This document shows positions 10,698 to 19,585 of a stretch of 56,731 nucleotides of DNA, piece by piece. Within the stretch, counting starts at the first letter, position 1. Each line of letters begins with the position of its first letter. The position numbers and the translations under genes are program-made. A model generated the notes under the pieces. That model did not search any database, was not told the origin of the DNA, and saw only the letters and a list, made by a program, of their open reading frames with translations. Origin of the DNA: Minisyncoccota bacterium (GTDB taxonomy: Bacteria; Patescibacteriota; Minisyncoccia; UBA6257; 2-01-FULL-56-20); assembly GCA_035509435.1 (NCBI GenBank), contig DATJLR010000001.1, forward strand, positions 1 through 56,731, given 5' to 3'.

Positions 10698-10958
10698 TTA
10701 CGCCGCCGGAGTTGCCGCCGCCTTGCCGAGGCCGAGCAACTGCTCGATCGTTCGCTGATCGAATCCGATCACGATATTATTGTCGATATCGATGACCGGC
10801 ACGCCCAGTTGGTGGGACTTGTTGACCATGTCCTCGCGCGCCTTCATGTCGGACGCGACATCGTGCTCTTCGTACGCGACGTTGTTCTTCTTGAAGAACT
10901 CCTTCGCCATTTTGCAGTAGACGCAGGTCGGGGTGCTATAGATGGTTACTTTTGCCAT
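10698..10958 (-). CDS. Glutaredoxin-like protein (NrdH/YruB family)
   Basis: IYSTPTCVYC, GVPVIDI, IVIGFD. Confidence 0.9.
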   Translation of the reverse strand: MAKVTIYSTPTCVYCKMAKEFFKKNNVAYEEHDVASDMKAREDMVNKSHQLGVPVIDIDNNIVIGFDQRTIEQLLGLGKAAATPAA

Positions 10959-10971
10959 GATGAAAATTTTA

Positions 10972-11211
10972 TTAAATGGTTGTTTTGGGTTCGACGTTTG
11001 TTTTTAAAAGTTTTTTCTTTTTGGGCTCTTCCGATGCGGGCGCCGCCGCGGACATCCTCTCGCCGAATATCGTCCATGCGTTCAGGACCACCAGCGCGAG
11101 TCCGAGCAGCACATCGCACCACTTCGCGACCGAGATGTCGGAGAATCCAAACACCCACGGCGAGATGATCATTATAATCCCGACAACGAGTTCCGTCCAA
11201 TTTTCAGCCAT
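10972..11211 (-). CDS. SPW-repeat small membrane protein
   Basis: NWTELVVGIIMIISPWVFGFS; two TM helices. Confidence 0.75.
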   Translation of the reverse strand: MAENWTELVVGIIMIISPWVFGFSDISVAKWCDVLLGLALVVLNAWTIFGERMSAAAPASEEPKKKKLLKTNVEPKTTI

Positions 11212-11220
11212 AGCTTTATT

Positions 11221-12039
11221 CTACGAGCCTTGCAGGGCGCTGTCGATCGCTTGCTGGAATGTTGCGTATGGCTGGGCGCCAACGATCTGCTGGCCATTGA
11301 TAAGGAATGAAGGGGTGGAATTGATGCCGACATTGGAGGCGTCGCTCTTTTCCTGCGCGACAATGGCGGCGTCGGTGTTGTTCTGCACGCAACTCGTGAA
11401 CGTCGTCATATTGAGGCCCACCTGCTGGCCAAGCTTGAGCAGTTCCGTGGTGCTGAAGAACCCGTCATCCTCGGCGCCTCCGTTCGAGACGTCGGCCACT
11501 TTTGCGGAATAAAGCGCGTCATGATACGGCCACAGCTTGCCCTGGTCCTCCGCGCATTGTGCGGCATTCGCGGCAACAGTGGATTCCGGCCCGAGGAACG
11601 CAAAGTCGCGAAACACCATCCGGACCTTGCCTGTGTTCACATAATTCTGGATGATCTGCGGCTCCGTCTGGCTGAAAAACTCGCCGCAGAACGGGCATTG
11701 ATAGTCGCCGTACTCGATGAGCGTCACCGGCGCATTGGCCTGTCCGAGGATCGCATCGCGCGGACCGAGCGTCATCGCCTGCGCCGCCGTCACGGTCGTG
11801 GTGGTCGCTACCGTGCCCGCGCCAACGTTGCCGTCGGCCGGCGCACCGCCCGTGCCGCCTTTATAGAGCGCCACGAACACCAGCGCCCCGCAGACCATGA
11901 CCGCCGCGATCAGGATGCTGATGGGAAGGAAAAGGTCGCGCCGCCTGCCGCCGCGTCCCACCGAAACATCAACCTCGCCGACGTTGATCCTGACCTCTTC
12001 GTTCTCCCGCTGCTCCCCAGAATGCTTTTGTTCGCTCAT
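11221..12039 (-). CDS. DsbA/BdbD-family thioredoxin-fold protein with N-terminal TM
   Basis: APVTLIEYGDYQCPFCGEF, VRMVFRDF, INSTPSFLING, GAQPY. Confidence 0.88.
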   Translation of the reverse strand: MSEQKHSGEQRENEEVRINVGEVDVSVGRGGRRRDLFLPISILIAAVMVCGALVFVALYKGGTGGAPADGNVGAGTVATTTTVTAAQAMTLGPRDAILGQANAPVTLIEYGDYQCPFCGEFFSQTEPQIIQNYVNTGKVRMVFRDFAFLGPESTVAANAAQCAEDQGKLWPYHDALYSAKVADVSNGGAEDDGFFSTTELLKLGQQVGLNMTTFTSCVQNNTDAAIVAQEKSDASNVGINSTPSFLINGQQIVGAQPYATFQQAIDSALQGS

Positions 12040-12083
12040 GATTTTTATGTTCTTTTAATTATACTGCACGGCCCCGGGGAATA

Positions 12084-12734
12084 TCAATGGCTGAACAGCG
12101 CATAATCATGCGGAAACAGCTTGGCGGTGATGACGTACATTCCGTACACGATGAACGGCGCCGCGAAGACATCGATGGAATAATGCACATGGGCCAAAAG
12201 CACGGCAATGCCAAAAAATACCGTCAAAAAGAGGAATACGTAGCGCAAGGGCCGGTCATCCCAAAAAATGAGCGCGAGGAGGAACGGAAAAGCGGTATGC
12301 CCCGAATAGAAAAAGTTGCCCTGGAACGTGATGAGGTGATAAAGGCCATATCCGCGGTTATGCGCGCTCGGCGAATATTCCAGCGGATACGGACCGACGT
12401 GCGTCAAACTGAAAAAGAAGGCGCGGGAAACGATATAGAACGCGACGGCCTTGATGCCGAAAAGAAGATGGCGCGGATGGACGGCGAGGAGCGCCCACGC
12501 GAACACCCACATGAGAATGGCGCCGCCCACGATGACCCCGTCCATATTGACGAGCGGCAGATTGTCCAAAAAGAGGTCCTTCACGCCGGGCGCATTCACG
12601 GCGACGCGCGACGAAAAATGGCCGAGGAAGATCTGGATAATGAGGCTGAGCGCAAGCAGTAATATCCCGAACCACAGGGATCGCTTCCGGGCAGGCGTCC
12701 AAAATCCGACATGTTCTTTAAATACCGCGAGCAT
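12084..12734 (-). CDS. Sphingomyelin-synthase/AUR1-like PAP2-superfamily membrane phosphotransferase
   Basis: Six TM segments; FFYSGHT and HVHYSIDV match the SMS D3/D4 catalytic His/His/Asp motifs. Confidence 0.72.
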   Translation of the reverse strand: MLAVFKEHVGFWTPARKRSLWFGILLLALSLIIQIFLGHFSSRVAVNAPGVKDLFLDNLPLVNMDGVIVGGAILMWVFAWALLAVHPRHLLFGIKAVAFYIVSRAFFFSLTHVGPYPLEYSPSAHNRGYGLYHLITFQGNFFYSGHTAFPFLLALIFWDDRPLRYVFLFLTVFFGIAVLLAHVHYSIDVFAAPFIVYGMYVITAKLFPHDYALFSH

Positions 12735-12752
12735 TCATATAGTATAACAGGT

Positions 12753-13364
12753 ATGGATCTGCTGACCGCCGGATTTCAGGGAACGCTCCAATGGGTGCTC
12801 CAGCACGGTTATCCGCTGCTGTTCGTCCTGATGCTCATTGAAGGTCCTGTCGTGACCGCGGCGGCGGCGTTCGCGGCGGCACTGCACTACATGAACATCT
12901 GGATCGTGCTTCTGCTGTCCGTTCTCGGCAACTTTATTCCCGACATTGTCTATTATGCGATGGGCTATTGGGGACGGGAGAAGTTCATCAACCGGTACGG
13001 CCGCTATTTCGGGATCACAAAAGAGCGCGTTGCCGCCACGGAAAAACTGGCAGAGGCGCACACCGGAAAATCGATATTCGTGATCAAAATGCTGCCGCTG
13101 CTCGCCACCCCGGGGCTCATCATCATCGGCGCGACCAGGATGGATATAAAAAAATATGCGTTCTGGAGCATCCTCGTCATCATTCCCACGTCTCTTTTTT
13201 ATCTGATCATCGGCTACTACTTCGGCGATGCATACAATACGATCCAGCACTACCTGAACCTTGGCGCATATGTGATCGGGGCAGCGGCCGTCGTGATCGT
13301 CGCGATCGCATGGTTCCAAAGAAAATATTTCTCCCGGCTCGAAAAAAAGCTTGAAGGCGAATGA
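12753..13364 (+). CDS. DedA/VTT family membrane protein
   Basis: LMLIEGP, GNFIPDIVYYAMGYWG, re-entrant helix pattern. Confidence 0.85.
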   Translation: MDLLTAGFQGTLQWVLQHGYPLLFVLMLIEGPVVTAAAAFAAALHYMNIWIVLLLSVLGNFIPDIVYYAMGYWGREKFINRYGRYFGITKERVAATEKLAEAHTGKSIFVIKMLPLLATPGLIIIGATRMDIKKYAFWSILVIIPTSLFYLIIGYYFGDAYNTIQHYLNLGAYVIGAAAVVIVAIAWFQRKYFSRLEKKLEGE

Positions 13365-13368
13365 TGCC

Positions 13369-14571
13369 ATGCGCATAGCGATATTTTCGGACAATTTCTA
13401 TCCGGAGCTTTCCGGGATCTCAGACTCGGTGCGCACGCTCGCGAAGACGCTGGGCGCCCGCGGCCACCACGTCCGGTTCTATGCGCCATACTATAGCGGG
13501 AAGAACTACGCTGCGATCGGCGTCCCGTTCCGCGAGCTCGATCTCGGCCCGAACATAACGGTGCGCCGGCTCTTTTCCATCCCCTTCCCGATGGGGACCG
13601 CCCAGGGGCGCGCGGTGATCCCGTTCGGCGTGAACGTCCGCGATGTCGCCGCGTTCGGCGCGGACATCATCCATACCCAGATGTTCTTCGGCGTCGGGCT
13701 GGAGGCCATGTTCGCGTCATGGGCGCTTACCCGTCCGCTTGTGGGCACCCAGCATACCGCAGTAAAGGAATTCCTGCGATATAGCCCCATCAAAACGAAG
13801 TGGTTCAACGACGGATTCCTCAATTACGTCAATTGGTATTACGAGCACTGCGACCTGGCAACCGCGCCGTCACGCTGCGTCTTCGACGAGATGCGCGCGC
13901 TCGGATTCAAGAACGCCCGCACGCAGGTGATATCGAACCCGGTCGACACGCAGACGTTCCGCCCGCTTCCCGCCCGGGACGCGCTCAAAAAAAAGTTCGG
14001 CTTCGGGCCGACGACGATCATCCATGCCGGACGCCTTTCCGTGGAGCGGCACCCGGAAGTGCTCATGCGCGCGCTCCCCATCATCAAGGAGCGCGTCCCG
14101 GGCGCAATGCTCGCGTTCGCCGGAAACGGCACGATGGAGAATGAACTGCGCGCGCTCGCGCGCGCACTGGACGTTGAAGATTCCGTGAAATTTCTGGGCT
14201 TCGTGGACCATACAACGCTCGCCGAAGCATACAACGCGTCCGAACTGTTCGGCATCACGAGCACCGACGATACGCAGAGCCTCGTGATGATGCAGGCGAT
14301 GGCCGCAGGCCTGCCGGTCATCGGCGTGGACGCGCGCGGCCTGCCGGAATATATCAACGACAAGAACGGGTTCATCGTAAGACCCGGCGATGAGCGCGCC
14401 GTGGCGGAAAAAGCGATCTTCCTTTTTGAAAATCCCAAGGCAGCCAGGAATCTGGGCGCAGGGGCACGGACATACGCGGAAGGCTTTTCGGAAGATGCCA
14501 TCGCGGACATATGGGAGGAAATATATAAAAAGACCATTAAGGATTATAATGAGGAAAAGCACCTCCAATGA
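13369..14571 (+). CDS. GT4 glycosyltransferase (diacylglycerol glucosyltransferase/PimA-like)
   Basis: MRIAIFSDNFYPELSGIS, HAGRLSVE, DTQSLVMMQAMAAGLPVI. Confidence 0.88.
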   Translation: MRIAIFSDNFYPELSGISDSVRTLAKTLGARGHHVRFYAPYYSGKNYAAIGVPFRELDLGPNITVRRLFSIPFPMGTAQGRAVIPFGVNVRDVAAFGADIIHTQMFFGVGLEAMFASWALTRPLVGTQHTAVKEFLRYSPIKTKWFNDGFLNYVNWYYEHCDLATAPSRCVFDEMRALGFKNARTQVISNPVDTQTFRPLPARDALKKKFGFGPTTIIHAGRLSVERHPEVLMRALPIIKERVPGAMLAFAGNGTMENELRALARALDVEDSVKFLGFVDHTTLAEAYNASELFGITSTDDTQSLVMMQAMAAGLPVIGVDARGLPEYINDKNGFIVRPGDERAVAEKAIFLFENPKAARNLGAGARTYAEGFSEDAIADIWEEIYKKTIKDYNEEKHLQ

Positions 14572-15284
14572 AGATCAGCGTGGTGATACCCGCCTACAAC
14601 GAGGAACATTACATCGGCCCGTGCATACAAAGCGTGCAGGAACAGCATTCCGCGGATATTTTTGAGATCATCGTCGTGGAGAACGGGTCCACCGACAACA
14701 CGCTCGCTGCCGCGAAGAAGTTCCGCGGAGTGACCGCCATCCACGAACCGAAAAAAGGGCTCTCGAACGCGCGGCAACGCGGATTCCTGGAGGCAAAGGG
14801 CGACCACGTCGCGTTCATCGATGCCGACTCGCGGATCCCCGCCGGATGGGCCGATATCGTCAAAAAAGAATTCGCGCGCGATCCGGGGCTCGTGTGCCTT
14901 TCCGGGCCGTTCCACTATTACGACCTCCCGCCTTTGCAAAAATTCTTCGCGGAGCTATTATGGGACATCACCGCAATGCCCACCTACTGGCTCACCGGCT
15001 TCATGGCGCTCTTCGCGAACTGCGTGGTAAGGCGCGAGGCGCTCGCGAAGATCGGCGGCATAGACACCAGGATCGCGTTCTATGGCGATGATACCAATCT
15101 TGCGTGGCGGCTCAGCAAAGTGGGCAAGGTAAAATTCACGATGAAGTTCTATATCCTCGGCTCCGGGCGCCGCCTCGCGCAGACGGGACTTATCCGGACA
15201 TTCTGGCGTTACGGAACAAGCTATCTTTCGATGGCGCTCCTGCACCGATCGCCGGGCGCCGACCACTATGACGAGGTCCGCTGA
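14568..15284 (+). CDS. GT2 glycosyltransferase
   Basis: ISVVIPAYNEE, FIDADS, FYGDD; ATGA overlap with the upstream gene. Confidence 0.9.
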   Translation: MKISVVIPAYNEEHYIGPCIQSVQEQHSADIFEIIVVENGSTDNTLAAAKKFRGVTAIHEPKKGLSNARQRGFLEAKGDHVAFIDADSRIPAGWADIVKKEFARDPGLVCLSGPFHYYDLPPLQKFFAELLWDITAMPTYWLTGFMALFANCVVRREALAKIGGIDTRIAFYGDDTNLAWRLSKVGKVKFTMKFYILGSGRRLAQTGLIRTFWRYGTSYLSMALLHRSPGADHYDEVR

Positions 15285-15297
15285 TCACATTCCATTC

Positions 15298-15831
15298 ATG
15301 GCAAATCCAACACCGAAAGACAGGGCGATCGTCGCAACGCTGATATTCATCGCGTTCGGCGTGATCGGGGCGGTCGTCGCGCGCAACGACCTTGCGTTCG
15401 CATGGCCACCGATGCTCTTCTACGCCATGCTCGTATGGAACGACTATTATTCCATAAAGCATTTTTCGAAGATCATCCCGCCGGGAAAAGCATCGCAGGT
15501 GATCATTGATATCGCGCTCGTCGTCCTTCATTTCACGTCAGCGCTCCTCTTCGGTAACCCGTTCCTTTTTGCGATCACGATCACCGTGCTCTTCATCCTC
15601 GCCGTGCTCAAATACGCCGGCGACCTCCCTTCGGTCAAGAACTCCCGCGCGCTCTACCGCAAAGTGAAGATCGACGCGCTGGGCGCGCTCATCTCGGCCC
15701 TCACGCTCGCGGGGATGCTCATCGGCTATCCGTGGCAGGCGACGGTCGCGTGGACCGTCATTTTCGTGTGCGCAAGCATCTATGTGATCCTCATAAACCC
15801 CCTCTATCAGGACGCGATCGGAACATCATGA
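15298..15831 (+). CDS. Hypothetical multi-pass membrane protein
   Basis: About six hydrophobic helices; translationally coupled to the next GT2. Confidence 0.7.
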   Translation: MANPTPKDRAIVATLIFIAFGVIGAVVARNDLAFAWPPMLFYAMLVWNDYYSIKHFSKIIPPGKASQVIIDIALVVLHFTSALLFGNPFLFAITITVLFILAVLKYAGDLPSVKNSRALYRKVKIDALGALISALTLAGMLIGYPWQATVAWTVIFVCASIYVILINPLYQDAIGTS

Positions 15832-16694
15832 CGAAGATCAGCTTTATCGTTCCGGCGTACAACGAAGAGAACTACATCGGCCACTGCCTTGACGCGATCA
15901 TCGCGGAGATCGGCGGCCGCGACGGTTATGAGATCATTGTCGTGGACAATAATTCCTCGGACCGGACGTGCGATATCGTTGCCCGGAAGTACCCGTCGGT
16001 GACGCTTCTTCACGAGCCGCGGCGCGGCGCCAACAGCGCGCGGGAGACAGGATTTCTGGCCTCCACGGGCAGCCTTGTCGCGTTCCTCGATGCCGACACC
16101 GAGCTCGGCCGCGGATGGATCGACCGCGCCGAGCGCGCATTCGCAAAGGACCCGCACCTCGTATGCCTTTCAGGACCGTTCATCTATTATGATCTTCCCG
16201 GCCCGGTACGGGTGCTCGTCACGATATTCTACGGGATATCATACATCGTCTACGTCGTGAACAATTTCATCTTCCGCAACACGTCCGTCATCCAGGGCGG
16301 AACGGAGATCGTGCGTCGCGACGCGCTCGCGAAGATCGGCGGCCACGACGTCACCCTCACCTTCTATGGCGACGACGCGGACCTCGCGCGGCGCCTGAGC
16401 CGAGTGGGCGAAGTGCGTTTCTCGTATACGTTCGCCATGCGCTCATCCGGACGCCGGCTGGCAAAGGAAGGCGCGTTTACGACGGGCCTTCGTTACGCGA
16501 TGAACTATTTCTGGATCACGCTCTTCAACCGGCCGTTTACGACGACATCCACGGAGGTACGCCTGGCGCCGGGCCAGCCGATATACAGGCCGGAGAGCAG
16601 GACCAAAGAATGGGCCATCGCACTCCTGGTCGTCGCGGCCTTCTTCGGCATCGTGGAAGCGCTTATTTACGCATTCTCCCGCTTCCGCTTATAA
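15828..16694 (+). CDS. GT2 glycosyltransferase with C-terminal TM (paralog of 14568..15284)
   Basis: ISFIVPAYNEE, FLDADT, FYGDD. Confidence 0.9.
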   Translation: MTKISFIVPAYNEENYIGHCLDAIIAEIGGRDGYEIIVVDNNSSDRTCDIVARKYPSVTLLHEPRRGANSARETGFLASTGSLVAFLDADTELGRGWIDRAERAFAKDPHLVCLSGPFIYYDLPGPVRVLVTIFYGISYIVYVVNNFIFRNTSVIQGGTEIVRRDALAKIGGHDVTLTFYGDDADLARRLSRVGEVRFSYTFAMRSSGRRLAKEGAFTTGLRYAMNYFWITLFNRPFTTTSTEVRLAPGQPIYRPESRTKEWAIALLVVAAFFGIVEALIYAFSRFRL

Positions 16695-16704
16695 TAAGGA
16701 CGAC

Positions 16705-18033
16705 ATGGACGCCGGAAATAAGCTGAAGGTATTCCTCTTTTTCGTGGCGGATGCCGTGGCGTTGTACGCCGCGCTGTTCATCACGCTCATTATCCGTTAC
16801 GGCAGCCAGTTCTACGAGCAGTTCGAGGACGCCCACGTGGTGCCGTTCACCATCATCTTCGTGCTGTGGATCATCGTCTTTTACATCGCGGGGCTTTATG
16901 ACCTGCGCCGCCTCCGCAACAATCTGGAATTCCTCAAGACGCTTTCCCTGTGCCTCGGCGTGAACGCCGCGCTCGCGATCGCGCTCTTTTATCTGATCCC
17001 GGCGTTCGGCATCGCGCCGAAGACGAACCTCGCGATATTCATCGTCATCTTCGCGGTGATCGAGATATTCTGGAGACAGTGGCTGAACAACGCCATTTCG
17101 TCGGGCGAAGCGCCCAACAAGGTTTTTTTGGTAGGAGCCGGAGGGCCGGTCGAGGAACTGACGGAAATGATACGCTCCAATCCCCAGATCGGATATGAAA
17201 TAAAAGAATGGGTGCCGCATAACGGCGAGGAAACGCTCGCGAAGATACGCGACGCGGTCGAGAAACATGCCGTGAACATGGTCGTCGTCCCCCGCCACCT
17301 CAAGCAGGACCGCGCGGTGGCAAACCTTTTGTACGAGATACTGAGCCATGGCACCGAGGTCCACGATTTTTCCAATTTTTACGAGCTCGTGATGAGGAAG
17401 GTGCCCCTCTCGGAGCTTGAGGAAACCTGGTTCCTCGAGAACCTGTTCCTGCAAAATTCGTTTTCGACGTTCTTCAAGCGGATCACGGATTTCGTCTTCG
17501 TTACCCTCCTTACGATCGTCGCGATCCCGCTCTTCCCGATCATCGCCCTCTGCGTGGCCCTGTCCTCGAGAGGACCCATCATCTTCACGCAGCGGCGCGT
17601 GGGGAAGAACGGCGTGCTGTACGACCACTACAAATTCCGCACCATGTACGTGAACGACCGGAACGAGTGGCTGGAGAAGGACAGCGCGCGCGTCACGCCG
17701 GTGGGCACGGTCCTGCGGAGCACCCACCTCGACGAGCTCCCGCAAATATGGAACGTCCTGCGGGGCGACATTTCGCTCGTCGGCCCGCGCCCGGACTTCA
17801 TCGACTTTTACGACCAGCTGAAGGACAAGATCCCGTATTACAACATCCGCACCATCATCAAGCCGGGGCTCACGGGGTGGGCACAAGTGAATTTTCCCCG
17901 GACCCTTTCCGCGGAAGAGACAAAGGAGCGGCTTTCGTACGACCTCTACTATCTCAAGAACCGCTCCGCGGTGATCGACGTGCTCATCATCCTGAAGACC
18001 ATCCGGACGGTGGTCGGCGCCCTCGGCAAATAG
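16705..18033 (+). CDS. Polyprenyl glycosylphosphotransferase (WcaJ/WbaP-type priming enzyme)
   Basis: N-terminal TMs, [41 protein letters not shown]. Confidence 0.93.
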   Translation: MDAGNKLKVFLFFVADAVALYAALFITLIIRYGSQFYEQFEDAHVVPFTIIFVLWIIVFYIAGLYDLRRLRNNLEFLKTLSLCLGVNAALAIALFYLIPAFGIAPKTNLAIFIVIFAVIEIFWRQWLNNAISSGEAPNKVFLVGAGGPVEELTEMIRSNPQIGYEIKEWVPHNGEETLAKIRDAVEKHAVNMVVVPRHLKQDRAVANLLYEILSHGTEVHDFSNFYELVMRKVPLSELEETWFLENLFLQNSFSTFFKRITDFVFVTLLTIVAIPLFPIIALCVALSSRGPIIFTQRRVGKNGVLYDHYKFRTMYVNDRNEWLEKDSARVTPVGTVLRSTHLDELPQIWNVLRGDISLVGPRPDFIDFYDQLKDKIPYYNIRTIIKPGLTGWAQVNFPRTLSAEETKERLSYDLYYLKNRSAVIDVLIILKTIRTVVGALGK

Positions 18034-18042
18034 AAACGGCAC

Positions 18043-19020
18043 ATGAACATTCTCATTACCGGCAACGCCGGATATATCGGCGGCATCGTGACGGAAAAAC
18101 TTTCCGCGGATGCGCGGGTCAAAAAAATATTTTCCATCGACCTCCTGCCGGTGCCTGAGGCGTTCCGGAGCGACCCCAAAATAACCTGGGTCCAGGCAGA
18201 CCTCGCGATCCCCGGCTGGGAAAAAAAGATCCCCGCGGATGCCGCGATCGATGCCGTCATCCATTGCGCGTACAAGATCCGCAACCCGTACGGAAAGAAA
18301 GACACAGTGGCGGCGAACAACGAAGCCGCGTGCCGCGCCGTCTTCTCATTCGCATTCGCGCGCAACGTTCCGCGCCTCATCTACCTGAGCAGCGTCGCGG
18401 CCTACGGCGCAAAGCCCGCGAACATCGGACGCCTGCTCACGGAGAATGAGCCGCTTAGCGAAACGCAAAATCCGTACGGCCACCAAAAGGCGCTGTCAGA
18501 AAAGATCCTCAATGAGCTGTTCGCGCAAAAGAAACCGGCAACGCGGGTGTCCGTCCTGCGGCTGAACAGCGTGACCGGACCGCGCGGACAGGGGCTTGAA
18601 AGCAAGTTCGGGCTCATCACGTTCCTCAAAAAGCTCCTGCCGTTCATCATAGAGGCGGATCCCGCATGGGCGCGCCAGTTCGTCCACGAAGAGGATGTGG
18701 CGCAGGCCATTTACCTGCTGGCAACGCAGGACACGGCGGCCGGAGCGAACGGCCCGGAGGCGTTCAACATCGCTCCGGAAAAATTCCTGACGGCGCGCGA
18801 CATCGCAAAGTTGCTCGATAAAAAAGTGCTGCGCGTCCCCGCGTGGTCCATCCAGCCGCTCTTCTGGATCGCATGGAACCTGTCGCTCGGCAAGGTCCCC
18901 ACGCGGCCCGATTCGTATATGGGCCTCATCTACCCGATCAACGTGAACGGGTCGAAGATAAAAACGACCGGATTCGGCTATCGCTATACGGCGGAAGACG
19001 CGCTGATGGCGAAGCGATAG
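18043..19020 (+). CDS. NAD-dependent epimerase/dehydratase
   Basis: ITGNAGYIG, SSVAAYG, YGHQK (YxxxK). Confidence 0.8.
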   Translation: MNILITGNAGYIGGIVTEKLSADARVKKIFSIDLLPVPEAFRSDPKITWVQADLAIPGWEKKIPADAAIDAVIHCAYKIRNPYGKKDTVAANNEAACRAVFSFAFARNVPRLIYLSSVAAYGAKPANIGRLLTENEPLSETQNPYGHQKALSEKILNELFAQKKPATRVSVLRLNSVTGPRGQGLESKFGLITFLKKLLPFIIEADPAWARQFVHEEDVAQAIYLLATQDTAAGANGPEAFNIAPEKFLTARDIAKLLDKKVLRVPAWSIQPLFWIAWNLSLGKVPTRPDSYMGLIYPINVNGSKIKTTGFGYRYTAEDALMAKR

Positions 19021-19021
19021 G

Positions 19022-19528
19022 CTATAGGACCAAGCCGTCGGCGGCTCTTTTTAAAGAATCGGCCTGGCGTTCTGCGTGCTTTTTAAGGAGCCACGAACTG
19101 GACTGTATTTTGCCCCCTTTGCCGACATTGAAGACCATCGTGCAGCCGATCTCGTCACACACGGCAACCTCGGGGACGTTGTCAAGCTTCCGGTCCCCCC
19201 CGTTCGCAAAAATATCGGGCCTGATCGCGCGAAGTTCGCGCGAGACGCTCATGTCTTTGTCGTTCGGCTTATGCTTCGTGATGACGACGCGGTCCACGGA
19301 ACGAAGCGCCTCGATCACCTCTTTTCGTTCCTTCTCCGGCATGAACGCAAATCCCTTTTTCTTGTTAAGCCAATGGTCATTGTTGAGAATGACGACGAGC
19401 TCGTCCCCCAGGGCGCGCGACCGTTCGAACATGCGCACGTGGCCGATATGGATAGGGTCAAAACCGCCGGAAACAGCGACGACAATTTTTTTTGCGGGGC
19501 GGCGGGAAATGTCTTTTTTATTTTTCAT
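19022..19528 (-). CDS. Cytidylyltransferase-family nucleotidyltransferase (TagD/RfaE-II/RibL-like)
   Basis: SGGFDPIHIGH (HxGH), VILNND, FANGGDR. Confidence 0.82.
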   Translation of the reverse strand: MKNKKDISRRPAKKIVVAVSGGFDPIHIGHVRMFERSRALGDELVVILNNDHWLNKKKGFAFMPEKERKEVIEALRSVDRVVITKHKPNDKDMSVSRELRAIRPDIFANGGDRKLDNVPEVAVCDEIGCTMVFNVGKGGKIQSSSWLLKKHAERQADSLKRAADGLVL

Positions 19529-19585
19529 GTTGATTTACGGAAGCCGCTTTTTCGGCTATCCTTTATGAGTTACAGCATAATCCCT

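Noticed and set aside
14568-15831. UGA-to-Gly recoding (code 25) as in Gracilibacteria/Absconditabacteria
   Set aside because: TGA terminates genes in ATGA start/stop overlaps (14568-14571, 15828-15831), and conserved genes have no internal TGA.
19022-19528. Assignment as HldE/RfaE-II ADP-heptose synthase
   Set aside because: HxGH fold only; the C-terminus (KIQSSSWLL) lacks the G-x-STT motif typical of heptose nucleotidyltransferases, so TagD- or RibL-like roles are equally possible.
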